A stretch of 64,000 bases of DNA, from NCBI GenBank assembly GCA_003697105.1, contig RFFQ01000173.1, forward strand, positions 1,976 to 65,975. Direction: 5' to 3'. The DNA is from Gemmatimonadota bacterium. GTDB lineage: Bacteria; 4572-55; J002. Position 1 is the first letter of the stretch. The number at the start of each line of letters is the position of its first letter. This document shows positions 1 to 10,227 of the stretch, piece after piece. The position numbers and the translations under genes were made by a program. The notes under the pieces are model-generated. The model saw only the letters and a list, made by a program, of their open reading frames with translations. It did no database searches and was not told the DNA's origin.

Positions 1-1
1 A

Positions 2-1150
2 CTTTACCCAGAGGGAATTCCGATTTACGATGAAGCTGATCTATTATCTCTAATTAAAGAACATCAGATTGATGAAGTTGTTTTTTCATATAGTGATGTC
101 TCTTATCAGTATGTGATGAGTCACGCTGCCGCGGTTATGGCGGCTGGCGCAAATTTTAGATTGCTTGGGTGTAAAGATACGATGATCAAGAGTAACAAAC
201 CGGTGATTGCGATTACGGCAGTGCGTACAGGTGCCGGAAAGAGCCAAACCACGCGCCGAGTGAGTGAAATTTTGAAGGAAAAAGGAAAAACGCTGGTGGC
301 TGTCCGGCATCCAATGCCTTATGGCGATCTTGCCGCACAAAAAGTACAACGTTTTGCCACACATGAGGACTTAGATACGCATGAATGTACAATCGAAGAG
401 CGGGAAGAGTACGAACCTCATTTAGATCGAGGCACAATTGTTTATGCTGGCGTAGATTACGCCGCGATCCTTGCTCAAGCGGAACAAGAAGCCGATGTGA
501 TTCTGTGGGATGGCGGAAATAATGACCTTCCATTTTATAAACCGGATTTATGGATCACGATTGCGGACCCGCACCGCCCCGGTGATGAAACATCCTATTT
601 CCCCGGTGAAAGCAACGTTCGTGGGGCAGATGTTGTGGTGCTGAATAAAATTGAAACGGCTTACCCAGAAAATGTGAAAGTTGTTCGGGATGCGGTTATG
701 AACCTCAATCCTGAAGCCACAATTATCGAAGCCGCCTCTCCCTTGACCGTTGAGGAGCCCGAACTGATCCGGGGTAAACGCGTTCTCGTGGTTGAAGATG
801 GACCCACGCTGACGCATGGTAATATGAAATATGGGGCAGGAGTTGAAGCCGCTAAAAAATATGGTGCCGCCGAATTGGTCGACCCACGCCCGTTTACGGT
901 CAAGTCGATTACGGAAACCTATGAAAAATATCCAGACATTGGGACACTTCTTCCCGCAATGGGATACGGTAAACATCAGATGAAAGATTTAGAAAAAACC
1001 ATTGATAAAACGGATTGTGATACGGTGGTTATCGGTACTCCCATCGATCTGGCAAAATTAATCAAAATTAAAAAGCCTTGTGTACGGGTTCGTTATGACC
1101 TTCAGGAAATTGGAACGCCTACTTTGGATGATGTTTTGAAAGATTTCTAA
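2..1150 (+). CDS. DUF1611 / cyclic 2,3-diphosphoglycerate synthetase-like P-loop NTPase, 5' partial (open to the window start)
   Basis: Frame-2 ORF runs from base 2 with no upstream stop. It has a P-loop (ITAVRTGAGKSQTT) and a Rossmann-like N-terminal part. The family call rests on remembered motif similarity only. Confidence 0.5.
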   Translation, partial: LYPEGIPIYDEADLLSLIKEHQIDEVVFSYSDVSYQYVMSHAAAVMAAGANFRLLGCKDTMIKSNKPVIAITAVRTGAGKSQTTRRVSEILKEKGKTLVAVRHPMPYGDLAAQKVQRFATHEDLDTHECTIEEREEYEPHLDRGTIVYAGVDYAAILAQAEQEADVILWDGGNNDLPFYKPDLWITIADPHRPGDETSYFPGESNVRGADVVVLNKIETAYPENVKVVRDAVMNLNPEATIIEAASPLTVEEPELIRGKRVLVVEDGPTLTHGNMKYGAGVEAAKKYGAAELVDPRPFTVKSITETYEKYPDIGTLLPAMGYGKHQMKDLEKTIDKTDCDTVVIGTPIDLAKLIKIKKPCVRVRYDLQEIGTPTLDDVLKDF

Positions 1151-1157
1151 ATCGACC

Positions 1158-1205
1158 TGGGGGTAGCCTTCTGTGATCTTACTAAAGAAGGTTACCCCTT
1201 TTCTT
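1158..1205 (+). terminator. Rho-independent terminator after the DUF1611-like gene
   Basis: Imperfect GC-rich hairpin (ggggtagccttc ... gaaggttacccc) followed by TTTTCTTT, directly after the stop at 1150. Confidence 0.5.
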
Positions 1206-1274
1206 TAGCACGCTTTTTGCGAAGAGTATTCCCCAGTCTTTAACTCTGAATTGACCCCATAAAGGAAGTATCAA

Positions 1275-2285
1275 ATGTGGCGTAAATTAATTGCCCTAAT
1301 CCTAACAATCAGTTTGGTTTCCATGTTTGCCAGCGGCTGTGGAACCTCGGGTAACAATCAAAACATTCAGGAAATTGTGCTGTATACCTCGGTCGATGAG
1401 GAGACCATCGCTTCTATTACGGAGGCGTTTGAGACGCTTAACCCAGATATTCATGTTCGTTATTTCCGGTTAGGTACCAGTAAGATTATTGCCAAATTGA
1501 ATTCAGAAGTTAAAGCGGGCGCGCTTCAGGCGGATTTGGTCTGGACGGCTGAACCGGCATATTTTGAAGAGTTGAAGCGCGCTAATTTGTTGGCAAAATA
1601 TTTGTCACCTGCGGCAAGTGCCATTCCGAAAGCGTTTGTGGATAAGGATGGATATTATATCGGTGCACGGGTTCTCTCCATGGGTATTGTTTACAATACC
1701 CGTGACGTTGCTCCAGCAGATGCCCCCACCGATTGGACCGATTTAATTGACCCGAAATGGCATGAGCAAGTTGCACATCCAAACCCGTTATATTCCGGTG
1801 CCGCGACCGCAACCGCGGTCAGTTTGACCTCACTTTTTGGCTGGGATTACTATCGTAAACTGCGGGGGAACGGCGCTGTTATCGTCAAAAGTAATTCGAC
1901 GGTCGTCCAAAAAGTTGCGAGTGGTGAATATAAATTAGGAATTTGTCTGGATTATCTGGCACGAAAAATGGAAGTGAAAGGAAGCCCCGTCAAGTTTATT
2001 TATCCAAAAAGCGGTGCCATTTCGTGGGCAAGCCCAATTGCCATATTTAAAGATACCGATGAATTAGAAGCGGCTCAACGATTTGTAGATTATGTTATTT
2101 CTCCGGCCGGGCAAAAATTTTTGACCGCGCGTCAAATTATTTCGGTGAACCCTGCCGTTGCGCCACCAGAGGGTGCACCCGAAATGCAAGCCACAATTGA
2201 AGCCTCACTACCCATCAATTGGAAGCGGTTGATCAACGAACGTGATGATGTTTTACAAGAATTCACCCATGTTATGTTGGAATAA
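1275..2285 (+). CDS. ABC transporter substrate-binding lipoprotein, iron(III)/thiamine-type family
   Basis: Signal peptide with lipobox (FASGC). Solute-binding protein family 1 fold. Sits upstream of a two-domain permease and an ATPase. Confidence 0.8.
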   Translation: MWRKLIALILTISLVSMFASGCGTSGNNQNIQEIVLYTSVDEETIASITEAFETLNPDIHVRYFRLGTSKIIAKLNSEVKAGALQADLVWTAEPAYFEELKRANLLAKYLSPAASAIPKAFVDKDGYYIGARVLSMGIVYNTRDVAPADAPTDWTDLIDPKWHEQVAHPNPLYSGAATATAVSLTSLFGWDYYRKLRGNGAVIVKSNSTVVQKVASGEYKLGICLDYLARKMEVKGSPVKFIYPKSGAISWASPIAIFKDTDELEAAQRFVDYVISPAGQKFLTARQIISVNPAVAPPEGAPEMQATIEASLPINWKRLINERDDVLQEFTHVMLE

Positions 2286-2309
2286 TCCTCCTGGTTTATG
2301 ACGTAACGA

Positions 2310-3992
2310 GTGACACGAATGAAGAATTTTCGCCTTGAATATGGTATCATGGGGTCTGCCGTGGTGTTGTTACTGGGAATCACGGCGTTTCCGATGTCAC
2401 TTGTGTTCATCCAAAGCCTGTTTACCGAATATGGTGTCTTCACGCTCGATTATATGCACGCGGTCTTTACCGATCCCAGTAATTTTGAAGCCTTCCGCAA
2501 TACACTCACCATTGCTTTTTTAACGGTTATTTTTACGATATTGATCGCCACACCGCTCGCGTGGTTGGTTGTCCGCACAGACCTTCCTTTCCGAAATACG
2601 TTCCGCACCCTGTTTTTAGTACCGTACATGATCCCTCCTTTTATTGGCGCCATCGCCTGGGGCTTTCTGCTGGCGCCGCGAACCGGTTATTTTAATCAAT
2701 GGTTTATGACCCTTTTTGATACGAAAGAGCCTTTATTCAATATTTATTCGTATTGGGGGATTGTTTTGGTGCTGACGTTTCATCTGTTTGCAGATGTCTT
2801 TATCATTGTTGCCGGTGCGTTAGAACGGATGGACCCTACGTTGGAAGAAGCGGCACGAAGCTCTGGTGCCGGTATTTTCCGAGTCATGCGAGAAATCACC
2901 ATCCCGTTGGTTTCGCCCAGTATCGGAGCAGGTGCGGTACTGGTCTTTATCACATCTGCCGCCAATTTTGGTATCCCAGCTTTGATTGGAATGGAAGGAC
3001 GTGTATTTGTTTTGACAACCCGGATTGTTTATTACATCGAAAAAGGTGGCTTTACCGGTATTCAGGAAGCGACAAGTCTTTCGGTACTTTTGGTTTTAAC
3101 GGCATCGATTGCCCTATTTATTAATCGCTGGTATCTGGGAAAGCGAAACTATTCCATTATTGCCGGTAAAAGCACCACTCCCATGCAAACCAAATTGGGT
3201 AAATTTCGGATTCCGCTCTTTTTGCTCTGTTCTGCTTTTGTGCTTATCACGGTTGTTGCACCGATTACCGTGATCTTTATGATTTCACTGTTGAAAGCAT
3301 TCGGGATTAAGTTCGCTTTGGGTAATTTGACACTTGCGAATTATGAGTGGATTTTATTTAAATCGGCGTACACGAAAGCATCAATTTTTAATAGTTTTGT
3401 GTTGGCGTCTTCTGCGGCAACGATTCTGGTGTTGATCGGCTCTGTTATCGCTTATATTTTGGTTAAAACCAACGTCAAAGGCAGACAATTCCTTGATTTT
3501 CTGGCGAATTTACCCTATTCTATTCCGGGAACCGTTGTTGCGATTGCCATGATCTTAGCCTTTTCCGGAAAATACGGTATTGCCATTTATAACACCGCCT
3601 GGATTCTGCTGGTGGCATATGTTGTGCGTTATATGGGCTTTGCGGTTAAAGCATTAACTGCCTCCCTAGAGCAGGTTCATGGATCATTGGAGGAAGCCGC
3701 CCGGATTTCCGGAGCGTCTTGGTTACAGACATTTCGCACCGTGATTCTCCCCTTAGTCCGGCCCGGAATTATTGCCGCCTGGTTCTTAACCTTTATGCCC
3801 ATTTTGCGAGAACTAACCATGTCGATTTTGCTTTACGGACCCAATACCCGTACCATTGGGGTTGCCATTTTTGAGCTTCAAGATGGTGGAAATTATTGCA
3901 CCTCAGCCGCGTTAGCCAGTTTAGTTTTGATGCTCATTATTGGTGGCAAAGTCATTATCAACCGGTTGTCCGGTGGAAAATTTAATATTTAG
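2310..3992 (+). CDS. ABC transporter permease, duplicated two-domain FbpB/ThiP type
   Basis: 560 aa polytopic membrane protein with two permease EAA-like regions. Operon position between the binding protein and the ATPase. Confidence 0.8.
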   Translation: MTRMKNFRLEYGIMGSAVVLLLGITAFPMSLVFIQSLFTEYGVFTLDYMHAVFTDPSNFEAFRNTLTIAFLTVIFTILIATPLAWLVVRTDLPFRNTFRTLFLVPYMIPPFIGAIAWGFLLAPRTGYFNQWFMTLFDTKEPLFNIYSYWGIVLVLTFHLFADVFIIVAGALERMDPTLEEAARSSGAGIFRVMREITIPLVSPSIGAGAVLVFITSAANFGIPALIGMEGRVFVLTTRIVYYIEKGGFTGIQEATSLSVLLVLTASIALFINRWYLGKRNYSIIAGKSTTPMQTKLGKFRIPLFLLCSAFVLITVVAPITVIFMISLLKAFGIKFALGNLTLANYEWILFKSAYTKASIFNSFVLASSAATILVLIGSVIAYILVKTNVKGRQFLDFLANLPYSIPGTVVAIAMILAFSGKYGIAIYNTAWILLVAYVVRYMGFAVKALTASLEQVHGSLEEAARISGASWLQTFRTVILPLVRPGIIAAWFLTFMPILRELTMSILLYGPNTRTIGVAIFELQDGGNYCTSAALASLVLMLIIGGKVIINRLSGGKFNI

Positions 3993-3999
3993 GGGTTGA

Positions 4000-5052
4000 G
4001 TGATGTCTCAGGTGATATTTGAACATGTCTATAAATCATTTGATGGAAATACCTATGCGGTCAACGATATGCATGTGCAGATTGAGGATGGTGAATTTGT
4101 CTCCTTTCTGGGACCCTCTGGCTGTGGGAAAACAACCTCTCTTCGGATGATTGCCGGGTTTATGAACCCCACAAAAGGTAAAATCTACATTGGTGACCGG
4201 GTGGTGTCAGACCCAGAGCACGGTACTCTTTTACCCCCAGAAACGCGACGTATCGGTATGGTATTTCAATCGTATGCCGTTTGGCCGCACATGAATGTCT
4301 TTAAAAATGTTGCTTATCCCCTGAAGATTCAAAAAGTAAGTCGGACAGACATCCAAAAGCGCGTGAGACTTGCCCTCGAAATGGTACATTTGGAGGGTAT
4401 GGAAACGCGTTTCCCCCACCAACTCTCCGGTGGACAACAACAACGGGTTGCCCTTGCGCGTGCTCTCGTAATGGAACCGGAAGTGCTGCTCCTCGATGAA
4501 CCGTTGAGTAATCTGGATGCTAAACTCCGAGAAAAAATGCGGTTTGAAATCAAAGAATTACAGAGCCGAATCCATGTGACGGTCATCTATGTCACCCACG
4601 ATCAGGCTGAAGCTATGGCAATGTCCGACCGAATTGTGGTGATGAACAAAGGCGTAACGCATCAAATTGGCTCGCCACGCCAAATATACGAAACACCGGC
4701 AGATGATTTTGTGGCAGGGTTTATCGGCTTAACCAATTTTATGAAATGTGAAATCATCGATCAACATAGAGTTCGCTTGCCCAATGGGGCGGAAATTGAG
4801 CCGGCGGTTGCCACAGACCAACAAGGGGAAGCGCTACTTTCAGTCCGTCCTGAAAAAATCTATTTGGTCAAGAACGGGGGTGACTTGCAAGGTACTGTCA
4901 AGCGCCGCACATATCTAGGTAATGTCCTGGATTATTTGGTTGATGTGGATGGTACCGATATTCGAGTGAGTAGCGAACCGCACATCATTTTTAATGAAGG
5001 TGATACGGTCGGTCTAGACATTAAACGGTGTGTGGTGTTCAATATGAAATAA
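4000..5052 (+). CDS. ABC transporter ATP-binding protein, FbpC/PotA-like
   Basis: Walker [13 protein letters not shown] signature [15 protein letters not shown], Walker B LLLDEP, and a C-terminal TOBE-like domain. Confidence 0.9.
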   Translation: MMSQVIFEHVYKSFDGNTYAVNDMHVQIEDGEFVSFLGPSGCGKTTSLRMIAGFMNPTKGKIYIGDRVVSDPEHGTLLPPETRRIGMVFQSYAVWPHMNVFKNVAYPLKIQKVSRTDIQKRVRLALEMVHLEGMETRFPHQLSGGQQQRVALARALVMEPEVLLLDEPLSNLDAKLREKMRFEIKELQSRIHVTVIYVTHDQAEAMAMSDRIVVMNKGVTHQIGSPRQIYETPADDFVAGFIGLTNFMKCEIIDQHRVRLPNGAEIEPAVATDQQGEALLSVRPEKIYLVKNGGDLQGTVKRRTYLGNVLDYLVDVDGTDIRVSSEPHIIFNEGDTVGLDIKRCVVFNMK

Positions 5053-5110
5053 CACGCTCCTTCCTATTCTTTCCTTCTTCATTACCCATCTTCTAACTTC
5101 CTTCTTTTAA

Positions 5111-6157
5111 ATGAATCTGACGAAAATCGACCTGTTTCGGTATTCAATCCCGTTTATACGTCCGTTGCAACTTCTCGGAACATGCCATACCCACCGTACG
5201 GGCTTGATCTTACAGATATGGGATGATGCCAATCAGTGGGGATGGGGGGAAATCGCACCATTTCCCGGTTTGCATCCGGAAACACTGGCTGAGGCCCAAA
5301 ACCAACTCATAAAATGGATGCAAGCACCGGATAATACAGAAGATAGCGCCTTGTATCCAACGGTACGGTTCGGAGTAGAAAGCGCCCGATGGCACCTGAA
5401 TGCCCGCCGGCACGGTACATCTATGGCTCGGTGGATTCAACCGGATGCTTCATCCCGTATCTATATCAATGGGCTAATTACACTCTCTGATGATATTGAA
5501 CCCAAAGTAAGCGATTTATTATCTGCCGGTTACCGTTCCATTAAAATGAAAGTCGGGCAACTCCCGCTTCAGGAGGACATTGCCCGGGTAAAACAGGTTG
5601 GCCTCTGCTTACAAGGACGGGCGACCCTCCGGCTAGATGCCAATCGAGCGTGGACATTTGACCAAGCAATTGAATTTATGCGCGGGATTGACCCCGTTCC
5701 GGTGGAATATATCGAAGAACCGCTGATCGACCCCACTTTATTACCAAAATTTGCCAAAAAGACTGCTGTTCCCGTTGCACTCGATGAAAGTCTGTTGAAC
5801 ATAACTAGCTTGAATGACATCCCTTATTTAGATACGGCTGCGGTGATCATTATCAAACCGAGTGTGGTCGGTGGAATTGCTAAAACCCTTGATTTTTTTC
5901 GCATCGCGCGGGATCGGGGAATACAGGTCGTTATCAGCAGTGCGTTCCATACCAGTGTGGGTCTAGCGGCGGAAGCAAACCTTGCCGCTTGCCTGCAAAC
6001 GAACATCCCGATGGGGTTGGATACCTCCAAATGGTTGCAAACGGATGTTTTACTGGCACGGTTTATATCCAATCAAGGTTGTCTTGATCTGGCGAATATC
6101 AATTGTTATAATCTTTTGAATTTGGACGTATTAGAGGAGATTTCGTGCCGAAACTAG
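5111..6157 (+). CDS. menC: o-succinylbenzoate synthase-like enzyme of the enolase superfamily
   Basis: KxK motif (IKMKVG), metal-ligand pattern D(LRLDANRAW) / E(IEEP) / D(LDES) and a second catalytic Lys (IIIKPSVVGG), typical of the OSBS / MLE subgroup. Overlaps the aroE start by 13 nt. Confidence 0.6.
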   Translation: MNLTKIDLFRYSIPFIRPLQLLGTCHTHRTGLILQIWDDANQWGWGEIAPFPGLHPETLAEAQNQLIKWMQAPDNTEDSALYPTVRFGVESARWHLNARRHGTSMARWIQPDASSRIYINGLITLSDDIEPKVSDLLSAGYRSIKMKVGQLPLQEDIARVKQVGLCLQGRATLRLDANRAWTFDQAIEFMRGIDPVPVEYIEEPLIDPTLLPKFAKKTAVPVALDESLLNITSLNDIPYLDTAAVIIIKPSVVGGIAKTLDFFRIARDRGIQVVISSAFHTSVGLAAEANLAACLQTNIPMGLDTSKWLQTDVLLARFISNQGCLDLANINCYNLLNLDVLEEISCRN

Positions 6158-6945
6158 CTGTTATCGGTGACCCCATTGAACACAGCTTGAGTCCAGTCAT
6201 GTTCAATGCGGCATTTCAGGTATTAGGATGGCTGGATTGGACGTACGAAAAAATTCAGGTGAAACCCTCTGAATTAAAATCACTGTTACCTAAATTAAAA
6301 TCAGAGGGTTATATCGGATTAAACGTCACGATCCCCCACAAACAAGCCATGTTGAACTTCTTTGAACCGGATACCCCAGCCCGGGCAATCGGCGGGATCA
6401 ATGCGGTTGATCTTCGTACCCATACCGGCACCAACACCGATTGGGTCGGGCTTATAGATGACTTACGTGCCCATTCCATCAAATTAAAAGGACAACGCAT
6501 CCTCATTGTGGGGGCGGGCGGTGCCGCACGGGCGGCAATTTATGGATTGTACCAGACCGGTGCTCATATCAGCGTTTTTAACCGTACCCCGGAACGTCTG
6601 AATGCTGTGATCCATGATTTTCCATTCATTACTCCCGAAACATCTTTAAACAGCTTACAGAATTATCAAGTGATTCTCAATTGTACACCGGTGGGAATGT
6701 ACCCCCATGTGGATGAATCCCCCATTCCTCCCCCATTCAGAATCCCGAAATCAACTGTGGTGTATGACCTGATCTATCGACCCCGCCAAACCAAACTGAT
6801 GCGCCTCGCTGCCGCTCAAGGATGCCGCGTGATTGGCGGCTTCGGGATGCTGATCCGCCAAGGTGCCGCCGCATTTGAGTGGTGGACAGGACAACCGGCG
6901 CCGTTGGAAGTCATGCGCATGGCAGTGGAGAAGGAGTTGGCATGA
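6145..6945 (+). CDS. aroE: shikimate dehydrogenase
   Basis: N-terminal LAVIGDPIEHSLSP, NVTIPHK, and the Rossmann motif GAGGAARA. Confidence 0.9.
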   Translation: MPKLAVIGDPIEHSLSPVMFNAAFQVLGWLDWTYEKIQVKPSELKSLLPKLKSEGYIGLNVTIPHKQAMLNFFEPDTPARAIGGINAVDLRTHTGTNTDWVGLIDDLRAHSIKLKGQRILIVGAGGAARAAIYGLYQTGAHISVFNRTPERLNAVIHDFPFITPETSLNSLQNYQVILNCTPVGMYPHVDESPIPPPFRIPKSTVVYDLIYRPRQTKLMRLAAAQGCRVIGGFGMLIRQGAAAFEWWTGQPAPLEVMRMAVEKELA

Positions 6946-8114
6946 TTCGATTTTTGACTGCCGGAGAGAGCCACGGACCTGAACTGACCGCGATTGTTGA
7001 AGGCATTCCGGCGGGATTGCCACTCGATGTCAGCGCGATTAATCAGGAGTTAGCCCGCCGGCAAAAGGGATACGGTAGTGGTGGACGAATGCGTATTGAA
7101 CACGATACCGTACGGATTTCTGCTGGAGCGATGGGCGGCAAAACGACCGGCGCACCCCTCGCGTTGCACATCCCAAATCGAGATTTTAAGAACTGGCACG
7201 ATAAAGAAATTCCCCCGATGACCATTCCCCGTCCGGGGCATGCGGATTTAACCGGCGCTATCAAGTATGGATATACCGATTTACGGTTAGCGTTAGAGCG
7301 AGCCAGTGCCCGAGAAACCGCTTTACGAGTAGCTGTGGGCGCCATCACCAAACAATTTTTAGCCCAATTGGGGATACAGACCGGGGGTTATGTTGTGCAA
7401 ATTGGGCGCGTAACGGCGGGGATGGACCCCAACCTGCCGTTTACCAACCGGTTTCATCTAGCGGAAAAAAATACAGTACGTTGCCCCGATGAATCTGTGG
7501 TCAAAGCGATGGAAAATGAAATCCGAGCGGTAAAAAAAGCGGGGGATACCGTGGGTGGAATCATCGAGGTTGTAGCGCTGAACGTACCACCGGGCATCGG
7601 CAGTTATGTTCAGTGGGATCGCCGGTTGGAAGGCATGATCGCGCAAGCTATGTTGAGTATTCCGGCAATGAAAGGTGTGGAAATTGGTCCCGGCTTTGAA
7701 AATGCCGGTAAATGGGGCAGTGATGTCCATGACGCAATCCTGTTGAAGCCCAACCAACATTTGGGACGAAAAACCAATCGCGCCGGTGGAGTTGAAGGTG
7801 GAATTTCTACTGGAGAGCCGCTTCTCGTGCGGGTTGCCATGAAACCCATTGCGACGGTTCTCAAAGGGTTCGATTCGGTCGATTTAGCCACCGGACTACC
7901 CGCAAAAACCGTTTATGAACGGAGTGATTTTTGTGCCGTACCCCGGGCCGTACCCATTGTAGAAGCCATGCTTGCCATCGTGCTAACAAACGCTCTCCTC
8001 GAAAAACTCGGCGGGGATAGCATGGCGGAAATAAAGCCCCGTTTTGAAGCCCTACGGCGGGCATACGTGCCCGATTTGCCAATGGATAATGTCCCTTGGA
8101 GATTTGACTATTGA
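6942..8114 (+). CDS. aroC: chorismate synthase
   Basis: Starts MIRFLTAGESHG at an internal ATG with an AAGGAG RBS and an ATGA overlap with the aroE stop. The ORF-track extension from 6879 is likely spurious. Confidence 0.95.
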   Translation: MIRFLTAGESHGPELTAIVEGIPAGLPLDVSAINQELARRQKGYGSGGRMRIEHDTVRISAGAMGGKTTGAPLALHIPNRDFKNWHDKEIPPMTIPRPGHADLTGAIKYGYTDLRLALERASARETALRVAVGAITKQFLAQLGIQTGGYVVQIGRVTAGMDPNLPFTNRFHLAEKNTVRCPDESVVKAMENEIRAVKKAGDTVGGIIEVVALNVPPGIGSYVQWDRRLEGMIAQAMLSIPAMKGVEIGPGFENAGKWGSDVHDAILLKPNQHLGRKTNRAGGVEGGISTGEPLLVRVAMKPIATVLKGFDSVDLATGLPAKTVYERSDFCAVPRAVPIVEAMLAIVLTNALLEKLGGDSMAEIKPRFEALRRAYVPDLPMDNVPWRFDY

Positions 8115-8605
8115 ATAATATCATTCTGACCGGATTTATGGGCACGGGCAAAACCACGGTGGGTAAGCTCGTCGCGAAAATGCTACAATGGTCGTTTATC
8201 GATTTGGATCATGCGATTGAACAACAGCGCGGAATGACCATCCACCAGATTTTTGAGCGATATGGCGAAGCCGCTTTTCGTTCCGCTGAAAACCGGTTTT
8301 GCCAATACCTCCTTCACTGTTCCCAAACGGTGATCGCCACTGGCGGAGGCACCATCCTCGATCCAGAAAACCGGTGCAATTTAGAAAAAACCGGTCTGTT
8401 GATCGCTCTCTTTGCCGACCCTTCCGAGATCGCGCGACGGCTACCAACCGCATCCGGTCGCCCGCTGTTTCAGGGGGACTGGCAAAAATTGTATGCGGAA
8501 CGGTTGCCAGTGTACCGTGACCTCGCGCATCAAATTGAAACCACCGGAAAAACACCTGCCCGTGTAGCACAGGAGGTTATCACGCTGTGGCAACACTTCC
8601 GGTAA
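8111..8605 (+). CDS. aroK: shikimate kinase
   Basis: TTG start overlapping the aroC stop (TTGA). P-loop GFMGTGKTTVGK. Confidence 0.9.
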   Translation: MNNIILTGFMGTGKTTVGKLVAKMLQWSFIDLDHAIEQQRGMTIHQIFERYGEAAFRSAENRFCQYLLHCSQTVIATGGGTILDPENRCNLEKTGLLIALFADPSEIARRLPTASGRPLFQGDWQKLYAERLPVYRDLAHQIETTGKTPARVAQEVITLWQHFR

Positions 8606-9648
8606 AAACACCAACCGGTAGGTATGAGATTATCATCCAGCGAGGCATTTTGGATGATATTTCGGCACAAGTGGACATCACGTGCCCTCATGTTGTGGTC
8701 ACCAATACGACCCTTGCCGGCTTGTACCAAACAAAACTAAAGACGGCATTACCGCAGGCAACATGGGTCGTTCTGCCGGATGGTGAACGCTACAAAACAC
8801 TTGATACGCTCCGTTCCGTATATCCCCAATTTTTAGCCGCCGGGTTAGACCGCTCCGGTGTGGTGATTGCCTTTGGTGGTGGTGTTATTATTGATTTGGC
8901 GGGTTTCGCGGCGGCGACATTCATGCGGGGAGTGCGGTTTGTGCCAGTCCCGACCAGTTTGCTGGCGATGGTTGATGCGAGTGTCGGGGGTAAAGTGGGT
9001 GTGGATTTACCGGAAGGTAAAAATTTGGTCGGGGCGTTCAAACAGCCGGAACGGGTGCTGATCGACCCCAACGTCCTACAAACTTTACCGGAAGCGGAGT
9101 ATCAAAACGGTATGGCTGAGGTGATCAAGCATCATTTAATTGCCAATTTTGGCGTGCCGCTTTCTGTATTTATGCAAGATTTAGAGCAGGCGATTGCTCA
9201 AGCAGTACAGGTTAAAGTGAACATTGTTGAGCAAGACCCCTTTGAGCGTGGCATCCGAATGTACCTCAATTTAGGGCATACCTTTGCTCATGCCATTGAG
9301 CAGGTTAGCCAGTACCGGATTCCACATGGTCGAGCGGTTGGAGTGGGTTTACGTTTAGCGGCGGAGTTGTCATTCCAGGAAGGATGGTGTCACCGGAATC
9401 TAGTTGATCAGGTGACTGGCTGGGTGCGAGACGCCGGATTGCCGACCCACTTGAACGGGCTTGACGCTCATCACCTTTATGCGGCGATGTTCCGGGACAA
9501 AAAGAAAACCGCAAACACTTTACGCTTTGTTTTGTTAAAGGATATTGGACAACCTGTTATTGTAGAAGGTGTTGATAAATCTAGTGTTATTCAGGTATGG
9601 GAGACCTTGCATGACGCGGCTGTTAGTTCTACACGGACCAAACCTTAA
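8587..9648 (+). CDS. aroB: 3-dehydroquinate synthase
   Basis: GTG start. Motifs GGGVIIDLAGFAA and PTSLLAMVDASVGGK, plus metal-binding His residues. Confidence 0.9.
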   Translation: MATLPVKTPTGRYEIIIQRGILDDISAQVDITCPHVVVTNTTLAGLYQTKLKTALPQATWVVLPDGERYKTLDTLRSVYPQFLAAGLDRSGVVIAFGGGVIIDLAGFAAATFMRGVRFVPVPTSLLAMVDASVGGKVGVDLPEGKNLVGAFKQPERVLIDPNVLQTLPEAEYQNGMAEVIKHHLIANFGVPLSVFMQDLEQAIAQAVQVKVNIVEQDPFERGIRMYLNLGHTFAHAIEQVSQYRIPHGRAVGVGLRLAAELSFQEGWCHRNLVDQVTGWVRDAGLPTHLNGLDAHHLYAAMFRDKKKTANTLRFVLLKDIGQPVIVEGVDKSSVIQVWETLHDAAVSSTRTKP

Positions 9649-10051
9649 TCGATTGGGTTTACGTGAAACCGATATTTACGGAACGCTGACTCTTGATCAG
9701 ATTAATGATCGTCTCCGGCAGTATGCGGCGGCGAAAGGGATTTCGGTTCATCCCGTTCAATCGAACCATGAAGGCGAATTAATCGATCAACTGCATCATG
9801 CCCAGACAACTTATCAAGGTGTGGTGTTCAATCCGGCGGGTTACACGCACACGTCGGTAGCCTTGCGGGATGCCGTCGCGGCCATTGACTTACCGGTAGT
9901 TGAAGTACATTTGTCAAACATTTCTGGGCGGGAGGATTTCCGGCGCGTTTCGCTGATTGCGCCTGTCTGTGCGGGTCAAATCAGCGGGTTTGGCTGGCGG
10001 AGCTATCTACTGGGTATTGAGGCGGTGTTGGGATGTCTTCATGAGGGGTGA
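9611..10051 (+). CDS. aroQ: type II 3-dehydroquinate dehydratase
   Basis: Starts at an internal ATG (MTRLLVLHGPNLNRLG). The ORF-track start at 9569 overlaps aroB. Confidence 0.9.
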   Translation: MTRLLVLHGPNLNRLGLRETDIYGTLTLDQINDRLRQYAAAKGISVHPVQSNHEGELIDQLHHAQTTYQGVVFNPAGYTHTSVALRDAVAAIDLPVVEVHLSNISGREDFRRVSLIAPVCAGQISGFGWRSYLLGIEAVLGCLHEG

Positions 10052-10227
10052 GGTGCTCCGTAATCTTCGAGCCGTTTTTTGACCTTGCTCACATTCTTGG
10101 CATCGATCAGAATGTGATAGTTTTCTGCTTTTAGCTCCCATTTTTTCAGTATTTTATCTTTGGCGATGATTTGCAACAACTCGCGGCTCGTTTTCTCAGG
10201 GATAGGGCGGGGCTTACGGTATTTCAA
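10039..10227 (-). CDS. hypothetical small basic protein of 62 aa (doubtful)
   Basis: Short ORF wedged between the convergent ends of aroQ and the cytochrome c gene, overlapping both by about 13 nt. Lys-rich with no recognisable domain. Confidence 0.2.
   Translation of the reverse strand: MKYRKPRPIPEKTSRELLQIIAKDKILKKWELKAENYHILIDAKNVSKVKKRLEDYGAPHPS

Noticed and set aside
2335-3124. Several ORFs of 60-123 aa on both strands inside the ABC permease gene; similar ones lie inside the LamG gene (13176-14917), the TPR gene (35565-37684) and others
   Set aside because: These are shadow ORFs fully embedded in long, well-supported genes. Their compositions are Cys/Arg-rich or low-complexity, typical of out-of-frame translation.
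6879-6941. 5' extension of aroC in the ORF track (MVDRTTGAVG ...), overlapping the aroE 3' end
   Set aside because: The canonical chorismate synthase N-terminus MIRFLTAGESHG starts at 6942 with an AAGGAG RBS and an ATGA coupling to aroE. The extension has no support.
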